Below, piece by piece: positions 39,721 to 53,011 of a DNA stretch of 64,000 nt. Under the pieces are notes generated by a model. That model was not told the origin of the DNA. It worked only from the letters and a program-made list of their open reading frames with translations, and searched no databases. The translations under genes were made by a program, and so were the position numbers. Every line of letters starts with the position of its first letter. Within the stretch, counting starts at the first letter, position 1. Source of the DNA: Epiperipatus broadwayi (Eukaryota > Animalia > Onychophora); NCBI GenBank assembly GCA_028023455.1, contig JAQFVV010000006.1, positions 6,572,001-6,636,000 of the forward strand, read 5' to 3'.

Positions 39721-40620
39721 ATTGAAAAAATGTTATTGCAAAAGGCACTACTAAGCAAAGATTATAATATAGTAATATTGGTACAGTTATTGCTATGTGG
39801 AATACATCAAAATCATTGTTATGTAATATTACAAATACTAACATTGATTTTTTTTAAATTATTACAGTAATTGTAACATTTTTACAGTAATGTAATATCT
39901 ACAATGATTTTTTGAAATAATATTATATTGTAATATGTATATAATTGCAAAAATGAGTACTGTATATGTGTGACAATACTGCAATATTAAATCTACTATG
40001 CAAATGTTACTGCAAAAGTAAGTATTGTAAATATCACAATATTATGATATTGCAAAAATTATTATATAAATGTTATCATACTACAATATTGCTAAAATTA
40101 TTATTATATTGATTTTCCCCATCTTTTGTACCCATAATTCAAATTTGCATACATTTGTTAATCTGTGTAATGAAGTGGTTTCTTTCTGCTTTACAATGTA
40201 AAGCTAAATGCACTTTCGGATGAAGTTCATTGTAATTATGGCTCTCTTAAATTAATTATTATTGCAACCTTATTTACATTGTAATGTGATTATGAATTTA
40301 TTTTTATTTAAATTAGTTCATTTAAATATTCCATTTGTTAGATAAATGGCTGCTGTTTTCTCTTTCGTTTATTGCATTTTCATTGTTGACAATAAACCAC
40401 ACATCCTAGACTTTTCTTTTTTTTTTGTTATCGAACTATTGCAAAAACATTGTTATACTGCAATATTGCAAAAATCACTACTGTATAAATGTAACAATAT
40501 TGGAAAAAAATCTACCATATGGATATTATAAATTGCAAAATCATTATTTCATAAATATTCCCATAATGCAATATTGCAAAAATCATTTTAAATTAAATAT
40601 TTCTATACTGCATTTTTTTT
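39720..40620. repeat. Degenerate AT-rich minisatellite interrupted by a family G element
   Basis: Recurrent (caat)attgcaaaaat(c/t)att motif in the same orientation on both sides of 40115-40400. Confidence 0.6.
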
Positions 40621-41676
40621 TAAAGATTCCATGCCTCTTATAATTCTCAAATATTTGTCTCTTTTTTAAAATCATCTATAAATTACATGATTTAGTCCTT
40701 ATAGAAAGCAATGTTTATTTCCATTGTTTTAAGTAACTTCTTTAATAACTATCTATTTTTTTTAGAATTACCATATTCAAATTTGGCAAATGTTTGTCTG
40801 CGTATTAAAGTGGTTTATTTCTTCTCTATAACCTAATGCTAAGTGGGTTTATGATTACGGTGAACTGAACCAAAAGTGCACTTAGTATTAGTTTATAAAG
40901 AAGAAAGAAACTGCTTCAAGACACAGATGAAGAAATATTCACAAATTTAAATTGCAAATACAAATGAAGGGAAAATCAATTTTATATGTTCATTTTTCCA
41001 TATGATTAACCAGAATTTCAACAGCTCTGAATATCTTTGTCACTTCCTAAATATTAACTTGTTACTCCATGCAAAGTTATAGGTACTTTAAATCATCAAA
41101 TTTCAATGTTAAAAATTGCCCACAATGTTGCCCTCTATACATAAAATTAAAAATAATCATTTTAAAATAAAATTGAAATAGATAACTTGCTATAAATAAA
41201 AATATTATTTAATACATCAATCCGGCTTTCATTCCTTAATGAAACCTTTTCAAGATGTTTCTTTTTATACAATCACATGACTTATTATCTTATAGCAAAC
41301 CCCCTCTAATGGATATTATTAACATTACATTACAGTAAACATAAAGCTATAGATAAAAAGGTAAAGTAAATCAGGAAGATAATGATCTTTTCAACAATCT
41401 CTCACAGATGTAAAGGAAAGAATAATATATATCTCAATAGGATTTTCAAATGCTGGGTGGTGAGGATTTCCTTGTTTTATTTCTTATCTAAAAATAGCCG
41501 AAAACTCATTTATTGTTGAGTAATAAATTAAGAGATGAGTTGGCCAGAAGCCATCTACCTCTCAGAAAAATTCTAAAATTGATTGGAACTTTGAAAAAAA
41601 AAGTCAAGTATACCCAGCCTGAATTTGAATATTTGTTATGTTAATACTAAGTAGACATATTAACATTACTACAAAA

Positions 41677-41898
41677 ATATAAATCTATAAGTGCGTTGAG
41701 CATGGACAAAGAGGCTTTTAATTTAATTGAGTACTAAGCTAAGCACTTTTGGGAGATATGTACTCTCATATTCATAGCTAGTCAATGTAATGACTAGCTA
41801 TGAATATGGGAGGTCATATCTCCCGAAAGTGCTTAGCTTAGTACTCACTTAAATTAAAGGCTTCTTTGTTCATGCTCGACACACTTATAGGTTTATAT
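41677..41898. repeat. Near-perfect foldback with about 105-bp arms
   Basis: atataaatctataagtgcg...ttcatagctagtca-atgtaa-tgactagctatgaa...acacttataggtttatat. Confidence 0.85.
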
Positions 41899-42559
41899 AT
41901 ATCATTGAAGTAAAACATTATTTATTACAAAAATATATCAAATAAAATGCTCATCCAATCTTTTTTTTTTAATTTTTCAAATCTAATAGGTTGAAAAATA
42001 AATTATTTTCTCTCTGTCATTCTTATCATATTATCAGTTTCCAGGAGCCATGTTTAGTAACGTCCCTCATCTTAATATATTTTATATTATCAGTATTATA
42101 ATTTTATATTTCTTATTGCATTTCCAAATCCACATAATATTAATACCATTTATGTTTTTTGTTACTTTTTACAATGCTTTTTACAACCCACTATTAATAG
42201 TTTTGATTGTTGCAGCAATCTTCAGAACTGCTGTGGCAATTGAAACTGTCAATAGTGGGTTGTAAAAAGTAATAACGAACATAAATGATATTAATATTAT
42301 ATTATCATTATTATGGATTTCTATATAATTGTTATTTTTTCCACCTGTTTGTATCTTTTAATATAATAAACAATTTTTTTATCCATCCTTATTACACTGA
42401 CATATTAAAGGAAATCATTGTATTTATAAAAATTATTTTTTATTCCATAATGATCATAATTTTATTTATTTTTTTAGCCTGTTATTAATTAAAATAAAAT
42501 ATCCTTTCTTACATTCTAAAATTAACAATCAATTTATTATTACTTTTTGCCTTATAAGT

Positions 42560-42870
42560 TTTGACTATTATATATAAAGTTCAGTCCCATATGACTCTTT
42601 AAGTTAGATAGCTGGATTGAAAGACATGGATGTCTGAAAATTTCAGATTTTCTACTTAATAGTTATACATTAGATAAAGTGCTGGTCTTGTCCTGGTATT
42701 TTTTATCTAATGCTTGAATATCCTAGCACCTCACTGATAATGCCAGTAGCAGAAACCAGTCTGTGATTGGGGATATTCTCAAAGCCAGTTAAGAGCTTAT
42801 TTTGCGAGCTCTATATATACCATCTGTAAATACAAGCTTATTAAATTAGGTCATATGGCATCTGACATGA
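42560..42870 (+). mobile_element. Family C copy
   Basis: Reverse-complement match to 56600-56810 and 58600-58840; HHR remnant at about 42727-42765. Confidence 0.7.
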
Positions 42871-43639
42871 TTTTTTTTTAAGTTTTGACTATTTAGCAGT
42901 CATCTTTAAAGTTTTTAATTTGCTTTTTAGCTTTAAAATCACAAAGTAACATGATTTTAATCTTTGGATAGAGTTCTGATGGACCTTTAATTTTGCTTTA
43001 TTCCTCTGTAACTATCTGTAGCACTATTTTGCTTTAATTTTGATAGCAGAAAATGTGTTTATTTATTAGTTCAAAAAAGTCTAAAGAGAGTGGAAGTCTA
43101 CAATCAAAATAAATTTCAAAAAGTTTAAATCATGGCTACTAAAATGCTAATCAGTAGAGAATAGTTGTAAGGGTAATTGTACATTCTATTCTTTACTTTT
43201 TTTTCAATCAGGAAAAATATAACCTTATTTTCATAATTTAATTATATATTTATGATTATTTTTATATCTATTTGTAAAATAATAATTTACAAGAAAATTA
43301 TATATTATTACTATTTGATTTTATTTGAAAATGTTTTACTTTTAAAAATATAAATTTAGAAAGTAGAAAATTATAATAAGATTGTTAATTTTTTTTTTTA
43401 AATATGCTGTTCGTTAATGTTTGTAATATATTAAAAAATTATAAGTGCAATTTTAAATTTTGGAAAAGAATTTTATAGGTTTATGATGGACTCATATTTC
43501 TTCATTTATATATTTTTTTAAAATTTTCAATATATAAAAATTTTATTATTATTTTTTTTTGACTTGGAGTGACTTTATACTATCCAATCAGAAAAAAGTT
43601 CATTTTCTTATTATGTATTGTCTTTATTATTATTATTAT

Positions 43640-44160
43640 GTTCACTAGAGAGAGCTTACTACTAGCTCGGATCAAGCTTTAATTTATAAGTGCTGAAAGA
43701 GAAAGAATTGAAAATCTCTATCAGAAAGTCCTTATCTCAAACTAATTGGTTTCAAGTTTATGGTTCACTTCAGTGAAGAACTAGGATTCCAGACACTAGA
43801 TCTAAAATACCAGCTCAAGAGTCAAATTGATCGTCAAGCATTGTTAGCCGAGAGGTTGTTGCAGCCACCTCACAAGCAAGTAGTTGGTTGCAGATGGTTG
43901 TGGGTTCACCTCCCAGACAATGCTATGACATATGAAAAAAAAGTCAAATTGATAGTAATGTATTAGATGAGTGCTGACTTTTGAGTTGTTATTTTAGATC
44001 TAATGTCTACAGTCCAGCTCCTCATTGAGGTAAGTCATAAGCTTAAAACCAATTGGTCTGGGAATAAGGACTTTCTGATAGTGATTTTGAATTCTTTCTC
44101 TTTCAGCACATATAAATTAAAGTTTGATTGGAGCTAGTTGTAAGTTTCCTTTAGAGAACA
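43640..44160. mobile_element. Family D (C-related) foldback with two decayed HHRs
   Basis: About 180-bp inverted arms; plus-strand ctcctca-ttgagg-t-aagt-cataa-gctt-aaaa-ccaattgg-tc-tggga at 44018-44064 and its reverse counterpart at 43730-43780. Confidence 0.65.
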
Positions 44161-44439
44161 TTTTAATACAAACTTAGAAGCAAGTTACACAATTTTGTGT
44201 CTTGTTTTATTATTTATTGTTTCTATATTTGCAAAGCCATAATACGATTTTTTTAGAATTTTTTGTTTGTTTGTAATCTGATATTTTTAATAAATCAAGG
44301 CCAATTAATTCAATTGTAATACAGTATAATAGTTTAACATCAGATGTTAAACGATTACAAAAATTGCCACTAGGAAGTACAAGGAAATGTTTTCATCAGT
44401 TGAAGAATTAAAAATAAGTTGTTGTTTTTTAAAAAGAAT

Positions 44440-45020
44440 TCCATATTAGTGAAAGGGAAAAAATGAAAAGGATATGTGAAATACAAAAGAATTTAGATAT
44501 TTGGGTAGGTGGTTGAGTGTGAATGGAAGAAGTGAAGATGAAGTTAAAAGAAAAACACCATTGGCACAGGGGGTGTTTACTAAGAGAAAGAACATATTTT
44601 GTGGACTTTTGAAGAGAGAATTAAGGGAAAAAATAATCAAATGCTATGTGTGGAGTGTACTACTATATGGTTGTGAAATATGGACACTGAGTGCTAAAAT
44701 TGGGAACAGATTGAAAGCCTTTGAGATGTGATCTTGGAAGCAGTTGGATGAATAAAATAACAAATGAAGAAGTTTTGTAAGAAAGAAGATTGATGGAGGA
44801 AATTAGAAATAAAAAGAGAAACTGGATTGGAGGTATATTAAAATGAAAATACATTTAATGAAAGATGTTTTACTGGGAATGGTGAGTGGAAACAAAAAGA
44901 AAGGATGAAAAATATTGACATTGCTGGATGATATAAGAGATGGGGAGGGTAAGGACCAAATTGAAGAGTTGGGCAATGAAGAGAACAGAGTGGTAAATTG
45001 GATGAATTGGTGATGTGACT
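44440..45020 (+). mobile_element. RTE-clade LINE 3' fragment
   Basis: FRYLGRWLSVNGRSEDEVKRK.PLAQGVF.KRK...KCYVWSVLLYGCEIWTL...RLKAFEM; ends in (tgga/tgat)-like repeats. Confidence 0.8.
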
Positions 45021-45294
45021 GCTCTTTGGACCTTTCCATTGAACAGAATACTATTGATTGATGTGAAATGTGAAAAATCACTTCAAGATGAACTTCATTA
45101 TCGATAATATTTAATTGCATGTCTGTAAGTTCAGTGTGAACTCTATTTCCGTAAACTTAATTCAATAGTGATATTAGTGTTGACAAAATTGTTTTTAAAT
45201 AAAATATACTAGTCTAGGATGTAAGATTATTCATCTAACATAAGAAGGATTATTTTCTTAGAGAGTTAAAACAGGCAAAACTCACTATATGTAT

Positions 45295-45680
45295 TGCCAC
45301 ACACAGCAAGCTAGAGTAATCAATGGAGGCTAGAAGGCTTGTGCATAAAATTCCCATTTAGTGCCTACTCATCCAATATCCCCAGACTAGTTTCTGGTTT
45401 GTGGCCTTTGTCAGTGAGGAGCCTTGGATCTGAAAGCACTGCACCTAGATCTTAAAATCTAATGCAAGCCTCCAGCATCTACATTTAACTACAAAATTAT
45501 GAGTCTTGAACCGAAAACACCTTAATGCTTTCAATCCAAGTTCATAAGCTTATATAGTTATATGGGTCTGAACTCTGTTCAGCGCTCATACATTTTGGTG
45601 TCTTTGGTTCTTTAATAACCACAGCCATCCCTATCCTATTAGGCAGTATTGGTTTTAAGCCAATAAACATCATATGACCA
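45295..45680 (-). mobile_element. Family B copy (HHR core mutated to CUGACAA)
   Basis: Reverse-complement match to 14460-14850. Confidence 0.75.
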
Positions 45681-46017
45681 CCACTTCTTAGCTTGCACAA
45701 TATTAAAAAATCCCAAAATATTGAAAAAATAAAACTAGCTACTACATGAATCCAGAAAAATAAATTGTAATGATATAACATAAAATATAAATAGTCTTGA
45801 GGTAGTTCAAAAGAAAACATTTTCAATTTTAACAGGTACCTTTAATTTTATTATTAAAAAACAAACACCAACAAACAATCAATATATTGTTCAGGAGTTC
45901 ATAAAAAATTTGAACACCAGAAGTGACGGTTTGGGCCATGATCCATGAACTTAGAGCTGCAGATTGTGACACCCTCCTAAACTACACAAGACATTTTACA
46001 AGAAAAACACTAATCAA

Positions 46018-46056
46018 AACTCTGAAAAAGACTGCCAGACGGTCGAAACTGTAAAC
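46018..46056 (+). ncRNA. Family A HHR remnant (G8 mutated)
   Basis: ctgaaaa-a-gactg-ccaga-cggtc-gaaac-t-gta. Confidence 0.5.
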
Positions 46057-47179
46057 AGAAACAATAACAACAAAATCGTATTTGGTAGAAAACTGCAGGA
46101 TAAAATATATTACATATAAAAGGTAAATGAAAGTTACGAATGATAATAACAGAATGTTTATTAAACTGCCCAAATTATTTTCTCTACGCGTTTATTTTTA
46201 TATTTTTTTGGTCTGTCGTTAATTAATTTAACCAGCTTAATTTCTGCTTCCTCTTTATATATGAAAGCAAAAGGTTTTATTACATTTCCTTTTCATTTAT
46301 CTCACTATTCTCCAATTAATTCGGAAGCACTTTACTGGCCCCTAGGGGTTAAACAAGTTAATAAAACATTAAAAAAAGCAAAATAAACAAAATATAATAA
46401 TAATTAATATATTTCATTTTAAATTAATTTTAAAAGTAAAACGACTTGGATGTATGTATTTCAAAATCGACTAAAAGTTTTTAATATAGCTTTTAGAATG
46501 AAAATTAATCATTAAAAATTACTGAATGTAATTTTTTTCCTTTCTCTGCAAACGAACAAAGCAGATTGTTTTAATAGGATGGTAAAAGTTAATACGTTTG
46601 ATCTCATTAACGTGGAAGAACAATCCTTTTTAAAGGGAAAACAAGGCAAAAAGAAATGACAATTTTAAATTATTTAATTAAAAATACAGTTTATATCAAC
46701 ATATGCGCATCATTTTATACGTCATTAATAACTATTTATAAAAACTTATGCTAACATAAATCTAGAAAAGCCCTGCATGAATTAGTGCAGTGGCGGAGGA
46801 GTGGCGCTCAAGATCCATGGACTGCGGCTCAGTTCCATCCTTTCGGTACTTGAAGTTCTTATTAACTATTGATCAATAAATTGTTTGATTTACAACTCTT
46901 TTTAATAGGAAAAAGGAAGGGAAAAAAAACAATAAGCCCAAAAAATTAAAAATGAGTTTTGCAGTGACTCAAAGGCCTTGTAGTCCAGAGGTAGCACATT
47001 CGCCTGCCTAGCTAATCCATAGTTGATTTACCTATCAATTTGATATTAATCATTAAACGAATATCTTCTTAGCTAGAAGGAAAACATCTCAAACACTCAT
47101 TACCTGGCAATTAACACATCTGAACAATATAATCTTTTACTTTCATTCTTCCTTTATAAGGAACTACTGGATAAACCAC

Positions 47180-47475
47180 TAAATATCACATGATCACTAT
47201 GCGAGCACATAACTGTTATTACTACAGGCAAAACTCTACATACAGTAGTGGCACTCAGTGCCAACCAGAGCTATCGATGGATGCCAGAAGGCTTGTACAT
47301 AAAATCCTCATCTAGTGCCTACTCATCCAATATCCCCAGACTAGTTTCTGGATTGTGGCCTTCATCAATGAGGAGCTTTGGATCTAAAAGCACTGCACCT
47401 AGATTTTAGGATCTAATGCATCCATTGATTACTCTGGTTGGCACTGAGTGACACTACTGTATGTAGAGTTTTATC
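47180..47475 (-). mobile_element. Family B copy with inverted extension
   Basis: HHR 47333-47374 minus (UUGAUGA core); includes the junction atatcacatgatcactat; 47420-47475 is an inverted B segment. Confidence 0.7.
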
Positions 47476-47669
47476 TGTTTTAATAGAGCTACTGGATAGG
47501 TAATAGCATAATTGGGTAATTATTTACTTTACCTTTTATTTTATGATGACAGTATAAATCAATCTATGAAACACAATTATCCCTTCCACAATCTTTTAGT
47601 CTGGTTACAATGCTGTCTTTTGATCTCCTCAGCAGCAAACTTCTGAAAAACTCCAGAAATGTTGCTTGA

Positions 47670-48265
47670 ATATTAAGTATAGAATAAATTGTCATCATCA
47701 TTTTCAACCATTATCCATCTACTGCATGATGAAGATCTCTCTAAGCTTAATCCATTTCTCATCACACTACCCCCTCTCCACACACTTTCTTATTTCATCT
47801 ATCCATCTTACACATGGTCTCTTTCTAGATCTTTTGCAATCACTTGGACTCCAATTCAAGATTTCAATGGACCATCTATTATTCTCACTTCTAGCAATAT
47901 ATTCATCCCAACTCCATTTCAATCTCCTAATTCTTTCAATGATGTCAGCATTACCTGTTTATTTTTCCATGTATTTTGTTTTCAATTTCTTTTTGTCACT
48001 CCTAACATGCATCTCTTCATACTTCATTGCATGGTCTGAAGTCCCTGTATTGCTCTTCTGTCAAGGGTCCAAATCTCAGATGCATAAGTAAGAAATGATA
48101 AAACACCCTCATTAAAAATCTTCCTTTTTAGATACATAGACAGATTTCCTTTTAATACTAAGTTATTTCTACCAAAATCACCCCAAACAAATTTAATTCT
48201 ATGATTGATTTCATCCATTATGTTTCCATCTGTAGTAATAATCTGACCACAATTTGCTTATAGAT
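47670..48265 (-). mobile_element. RTE LINE 3' fragment
   Basis: MDEINHRIKFVWGDFGRNNLVLKGNL...KRKIFNEGVL.FLTYASEIWTL; same family as 36655-37490. Confidence 0.85.
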
Positions 48266-50029
48266 TGCCATTGATATTTCTCCTCTTTAAGATATTTTTG
48301 AGATAATCTTTATAGCTCTAACAATAGCCGCCTATCACTGTAATAATATTCACCATAAAATATTCCTTTAAAAAGTCTGTATTTTTGATCTGTTACATTT
48401 ATACTTCAATTCAATTAAAATTTGCTCTTATACTAGTGGATTTAGTGTAATAATATCTAGCAAGCAGAAAGTATTGATTAGTCTTATAATCTTCCCAATA
48501 TATTACAAAGAACTTTTAAATAATTTGTATATCATTACATTACATCAATAAAGTGCCCATGTTTCATTTCTATACAATAAATTTGGAAGAATAAAAACAT
48601 TATATAAAACTAATTTAGTTAAAACAGATATATCACCACGAGGAAAACACTATTTTCCAAGTTATAAACACAGCAATAACATATTGGACTCTGTATTGTA
48701 TGCCAACATTCAGATCTGTCTCACTATCTACAGAGCTGCAGAAATATTTGAACTGATCACCATTGAAGACAAAATTATTGAGGATTTTTCTTACTCACTG
48801 TCTAATAAAATCCATATTTGAACATTAAATTACTAATTTTGTTACTGTAGTCTACTTACATACATGAAGATACACATATTCACTACACACACATATATAT
48901 AATAAATATATGTGACTATATATATATAGTAAAGGAGAATATATTCTAATAATAAATAATGAAATAAATTAAAGGTAAAATGAAAATAACTGTTCTGGAT
49001 ACCTGAGAGATGTGGGCACTATCTCTTAAATAAAATATATCCTTTTGGACAGAGCAAATTTTATAATGGATAATATAAAATAATAGATTGCTCATCACAC
49101 TAGACAACTAACATCATAAATGAAACTGACTATCAGTAAATGCCCTTATATTAGATAACCACAAATGTAATGAAATAATATAACTGAGGAGGACTAACTA
49201 GTTGGCCTGGAAATGCAATACATATTGTTCTCACCACTTGTGTATTATGTATTTAGACAATCTAAATATAATGAGTAAATATTGTATTTAGATAATTTAA
49301 AATATAACTAATAAATAAATTGAATTGATCACAACTAACTTTATATTAATTTATATCTACATGTACAATAGACTCAAAAATTTGTAAAAGGGCACTAATG
49401 GATCCATCATGCAAAAAAGATAAAATTCATTAATTAAGATTTTATTTAATATTGAGATATAACATGGGATGGTTCATGCAGTAGTAAATCAAATGTTAAT
49501 AATATAAATTTATTAAGATAAACATTAATTTATTTGCAGTGATTAAAAATAAAGAATAATTTATAACAGCTATTAATATCATACAATGTACATTTATAAT
49601 TTACCCTCGCTAAAGTATAATTAGATATTAATTTATAATTAAAATTATAAATGCATATAGTCAAGAAAGAGTTAACTATAGATTTTCTTTTACACAAATA
49701 AAAAAATAAAATATTCAAAAGAATTTTTAATATTATCTTTAAAGAATAAAAATCAAGTTATATTTTTTTTAGAAATTTATTTATAATTCAAACTAAGTTA
49801 TGCAAATACTATTTGTTATAATTGATCTTTTACTCTGCTCGATTGTTATTATTTAAGTTATCAAATGACATTCCTAGACTGCATTGTAATCAATACTATT
49901 AATTTAGAAAAAAGATTTTATAAATATTTATAAGTATTACCATTTTACTTTTAACTGTTGTTGATAAAACTTTTTTTATCTGAGCATCTGCTACTATTAG
50001 CATATATAAAACTTTAATTTAATTCTTTT

Positions 50030-50300
50030 ATTTTGCAGCAGTTCCTTTCAAATCTTCCATTGTGCTAGCATTCACATATGTAGGAATCCATAAGCATTTT
50101 AATCCTTAAAGGTTATCCAATTATTTTTCCTTTGTCAATATTGCAACCCAAGTAGATTTAATAGTCTTAATTTCATGGTGGTCAGCATTGTTTTTGTTGT
50201 TAATTATTTCATTTAAATCATAGGCATTACATGGAAGAAATTCCTGACTTCTCTTTTCAAGTTTTCCTATTCACAATACATTTTCTTTACTGTAAGTCCA
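50030..50300 (-). mobile_element. Possible decayed RNase H-like LINE fragment
   Basis: Minus frame with two stops: VAILT...CLWIPTYVNASTMEDLKGTAAK, resembling WIPxHxGxxGNExADxxAK. Confidence 0.3.
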
Positions 50301-50439
50301 GAATCTATTTATAGAGTAAGGTAAGATTAAAACACAAAACTTTTTAAAGGAAAGAAAGTATGTGTTCATCCTTCTAAAATCATTTTTTGTCTTTATAGTT
50401 ACACAAACCATGCAGTCTATATCTTTAACTCTTATAATG

Positions 50440-51200
50440 CATGACTCGTCTAAAAACGAGAAGATTTGACATCACTCTAAATCGGCTACTTTTTATCCCA
50501 CGTATACATATGATACGTCATTAGAAAGAAAATCAAAAGTTCTGTAAGATGGTGCCCTCTTCAGAGTTATTTTACAAGTAAAAAATCAATAAAAATGACC
50601 ATATATGTCAAACAAAACCAAAGCACCGCCTCCTCACCAACTTTTCTTGAATCTTATTGGCTGTCCCACTTCTGTCAGAAAGGGTAATGGCTGCCAAAAA
50701 GTAAAAAGTTATGTTCGTTTTGATTTTTATTACGAAAATGATAAACGAATGTTTACAACATTTTAAACAATATTTGAATTGAATTACAAATTATTATTGA
50801 TAAAATAATACTAAAAATCAAATTATTTTAGAAAAATAGTTAAGATATTACCAAGAATTATTTATTTATTGCTACATATTGATCGTAACGTAAAGTGAAA
50901 AAAAAAAGATTGCGTCAGCAATCTTTTTTGGTTGGTTGAATAGCGGTTACTTTTATTTCACTGCAATTGAATATTTTTTAAATTATAAATCAAATTTTAT
51001 TTTTGAAAAGATTTTCGTTTGCTTTCGTAATCTGAAAATTCAGTAATATACTTTTTACAAACGAAACTAACGTATTTATATTATTAAAAGTGATCTATTT
51101 TAACAATAGATTTTGTTAAAGTTGTGAGTTGGCCAATTACAAGTTTTGATTTTTAACTCATTCGGCCAATTATATAATCATCGTTCAAAAGGTTAAACAC
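50440..51200. promoter_or_regulatory. CpG-retaining promoter/enhancer-like region
   Basis: ATTGG at 50656, AATGGCTGCC (YY1-like) at 50686, acgtca and tgcgtca CRE/AP-1-like sites, and CCAAT near 51135 and 51166. Motif resemblance only. Confidence 0.35.
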
Positions 51201-51599
51201 TAGTTTTGGACATGTGATTTCTTTTTTCTAATTTTAATAAAACATTATTATCATCCAATATAATTTAACAAAATACTTTTTTAATGTTAATAAATAAATG
51301 ATTTATTTATTCAAAACAAAATAAACATATTTTTATTACACATATAACCTTGAATTGTTTTCTTTAATTACTTAAAAGCTATAAAAAAATAACAAATGAA
51401 GATATGCACACACCACAATATATATATATTGCCATTTATTTAAACTTCTTAAAACCTCATGTAATTCATTAATCCTGATCCAAAATGCATAGGATTTGTC
51501 ATTTAGGCACTAGAAATTTTTTTAAGTATTCATAGAATAATTTTATATCACTTATCAATAGCTTTCTTAGACAAACAACCTAATTCTATCTATTGCAAT

Positions 51600-52300
51600 G
51601 GAGTTTCAATATCTGCTATATTTTGTCCCATAAAACCCTTGCATATATTGAATATTACTTATAATAGCTCATATCTTGATGAGAAACTCTGAATATAATA
51701 GAATATGTACTGTTATTGAATGACACATATACATTATTTTCCAACACATACACACACACATATATATAATGCACAAACTTTTTATATGCATGGTGTACAT
51801 ATATAAATTAAGATTATAGTAAAAACAAAATTAAAAAATAATAATGTAGTTATAAATAATAAATTGAGAGATAGATTTACATATATACTTATTAATATTA
51901 TACTAAGGCAATAAACCTCAAGAATATACACTTGAAAATGTGAAGGTAGGAACCTCTACAGGTCTTAACCACAAGCTTACTCTTTGGAAGCTTATTGTAG
52001 TTGTGTTCATGTCTAGTACAGTGGAATTTCAATATCTGCTATATTTTGTTCTAAGATCCCTTTGCATATATTGTATATTGCTTATAATAGTTCATGTCTT
52101 GATAATAAGCTTTGATTATAATAGAATATGTATTGTTTATTGAACTGTAAATGTACATTATTTTCAAACACACACACATTTACATATATAATGCATACAC
52201 TTTTTATATATATAGTATGCATATATAAATTAAGATTATAGTATAAATAAATTAAAAAATAATATAGTTACTAATTAATAATAAACTGAAGGGTACATTT
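51600..52300 (+). repeat. Diverged tandem duplication, about 423-bp offset
   Basis: tttcaatatctgctatattttgt at about 51604 and 52027, colinear for about 280 bp. Confidence 0.8.
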
Positions 52301-53011
52301 ATATATATTTACCGTGTGTTCACTCATTCACATTCATTCAAAAAATATTAAAAAAACATACTGTACCATATGTTTAATTTTTAAAAAAAAAAAAAAACCA
52401 AAAAGAAATTCTGACCTTCATCACAATTAAATAAGCTCTGGGCAATATCATAACTTTTAACCCCTATGAAAACATAATAACAGTCTTCCTACTGGTGAGT
52501 TTTTCCTCTATAGATGTTTTTAAGTCATATTAATTTTATGAATGTTTTTAAATTTTGTAAAATTTTTAGCATTATGCTTGGAAACATTTTATTACACAAA
52601 ATGCTGCAAATTGAATAATAAAGCAAGAATAAATGTATGTGCTTTCAACATAAGCCAAAAATATTATTAGTAAACATGATGTCGCTAGACACTTTAAGAT
52701 GGAAAAATAACCATAATGTAAAATTCATTAGATTTATGAGCTTTGTCTTTTTTTTTTAATGTGACCATGTGTGATATAACTGCCATATCATAAAATTTAT
52801 GGATTTCAATAAGAACCCAGAATTTTTCAGTCTATTTGTTTTTCACTCCATTTCAAGCAATTGATACACATATGTATTTTGTACAGAACCAGCACTCATC
52901 AGTTAAGGCAGATCATAATCTACCACACACATATACCATCAGTGCTTGGTATATATGAAGATTATGATCTAGCCCAATTGAAGAATGTTGGTTCTGCACA
53001 AAATATATATA

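Noticed and set aside
39216-39758. Longest ORF (180 aa, minus)
   Set aside because: Runs antisense through the non-coding family X repeat; other X copies are not open in this frame.
41815-41840. Hairpin followed by GAAA as a possible HHR
   Set aside because: No CUGANGA upstream on either arm.
47098-47110. attacctggca resembling the U1 snRNA 5' end
   Set aside because: Only 9-10 nt match and no downstream U1 structure.
47666-48091. Two overlapping plus-strand ORFs (141 and 116 aa), likewise 37193-37453, 59068-59277 and 44446-45120
   Set aside because: They are antisense shadows of RTE fragments.
48552-48831. About 92-codon stop-free plus frame
   Set aside because: No ATG, splice support or motif; a few such frames are expected by chance in 64 kb.
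49183-49225. CTGAGGA...GAAA motif
   Set aside because: Stem II and stem III cannot be paired in register and there are no related copies.
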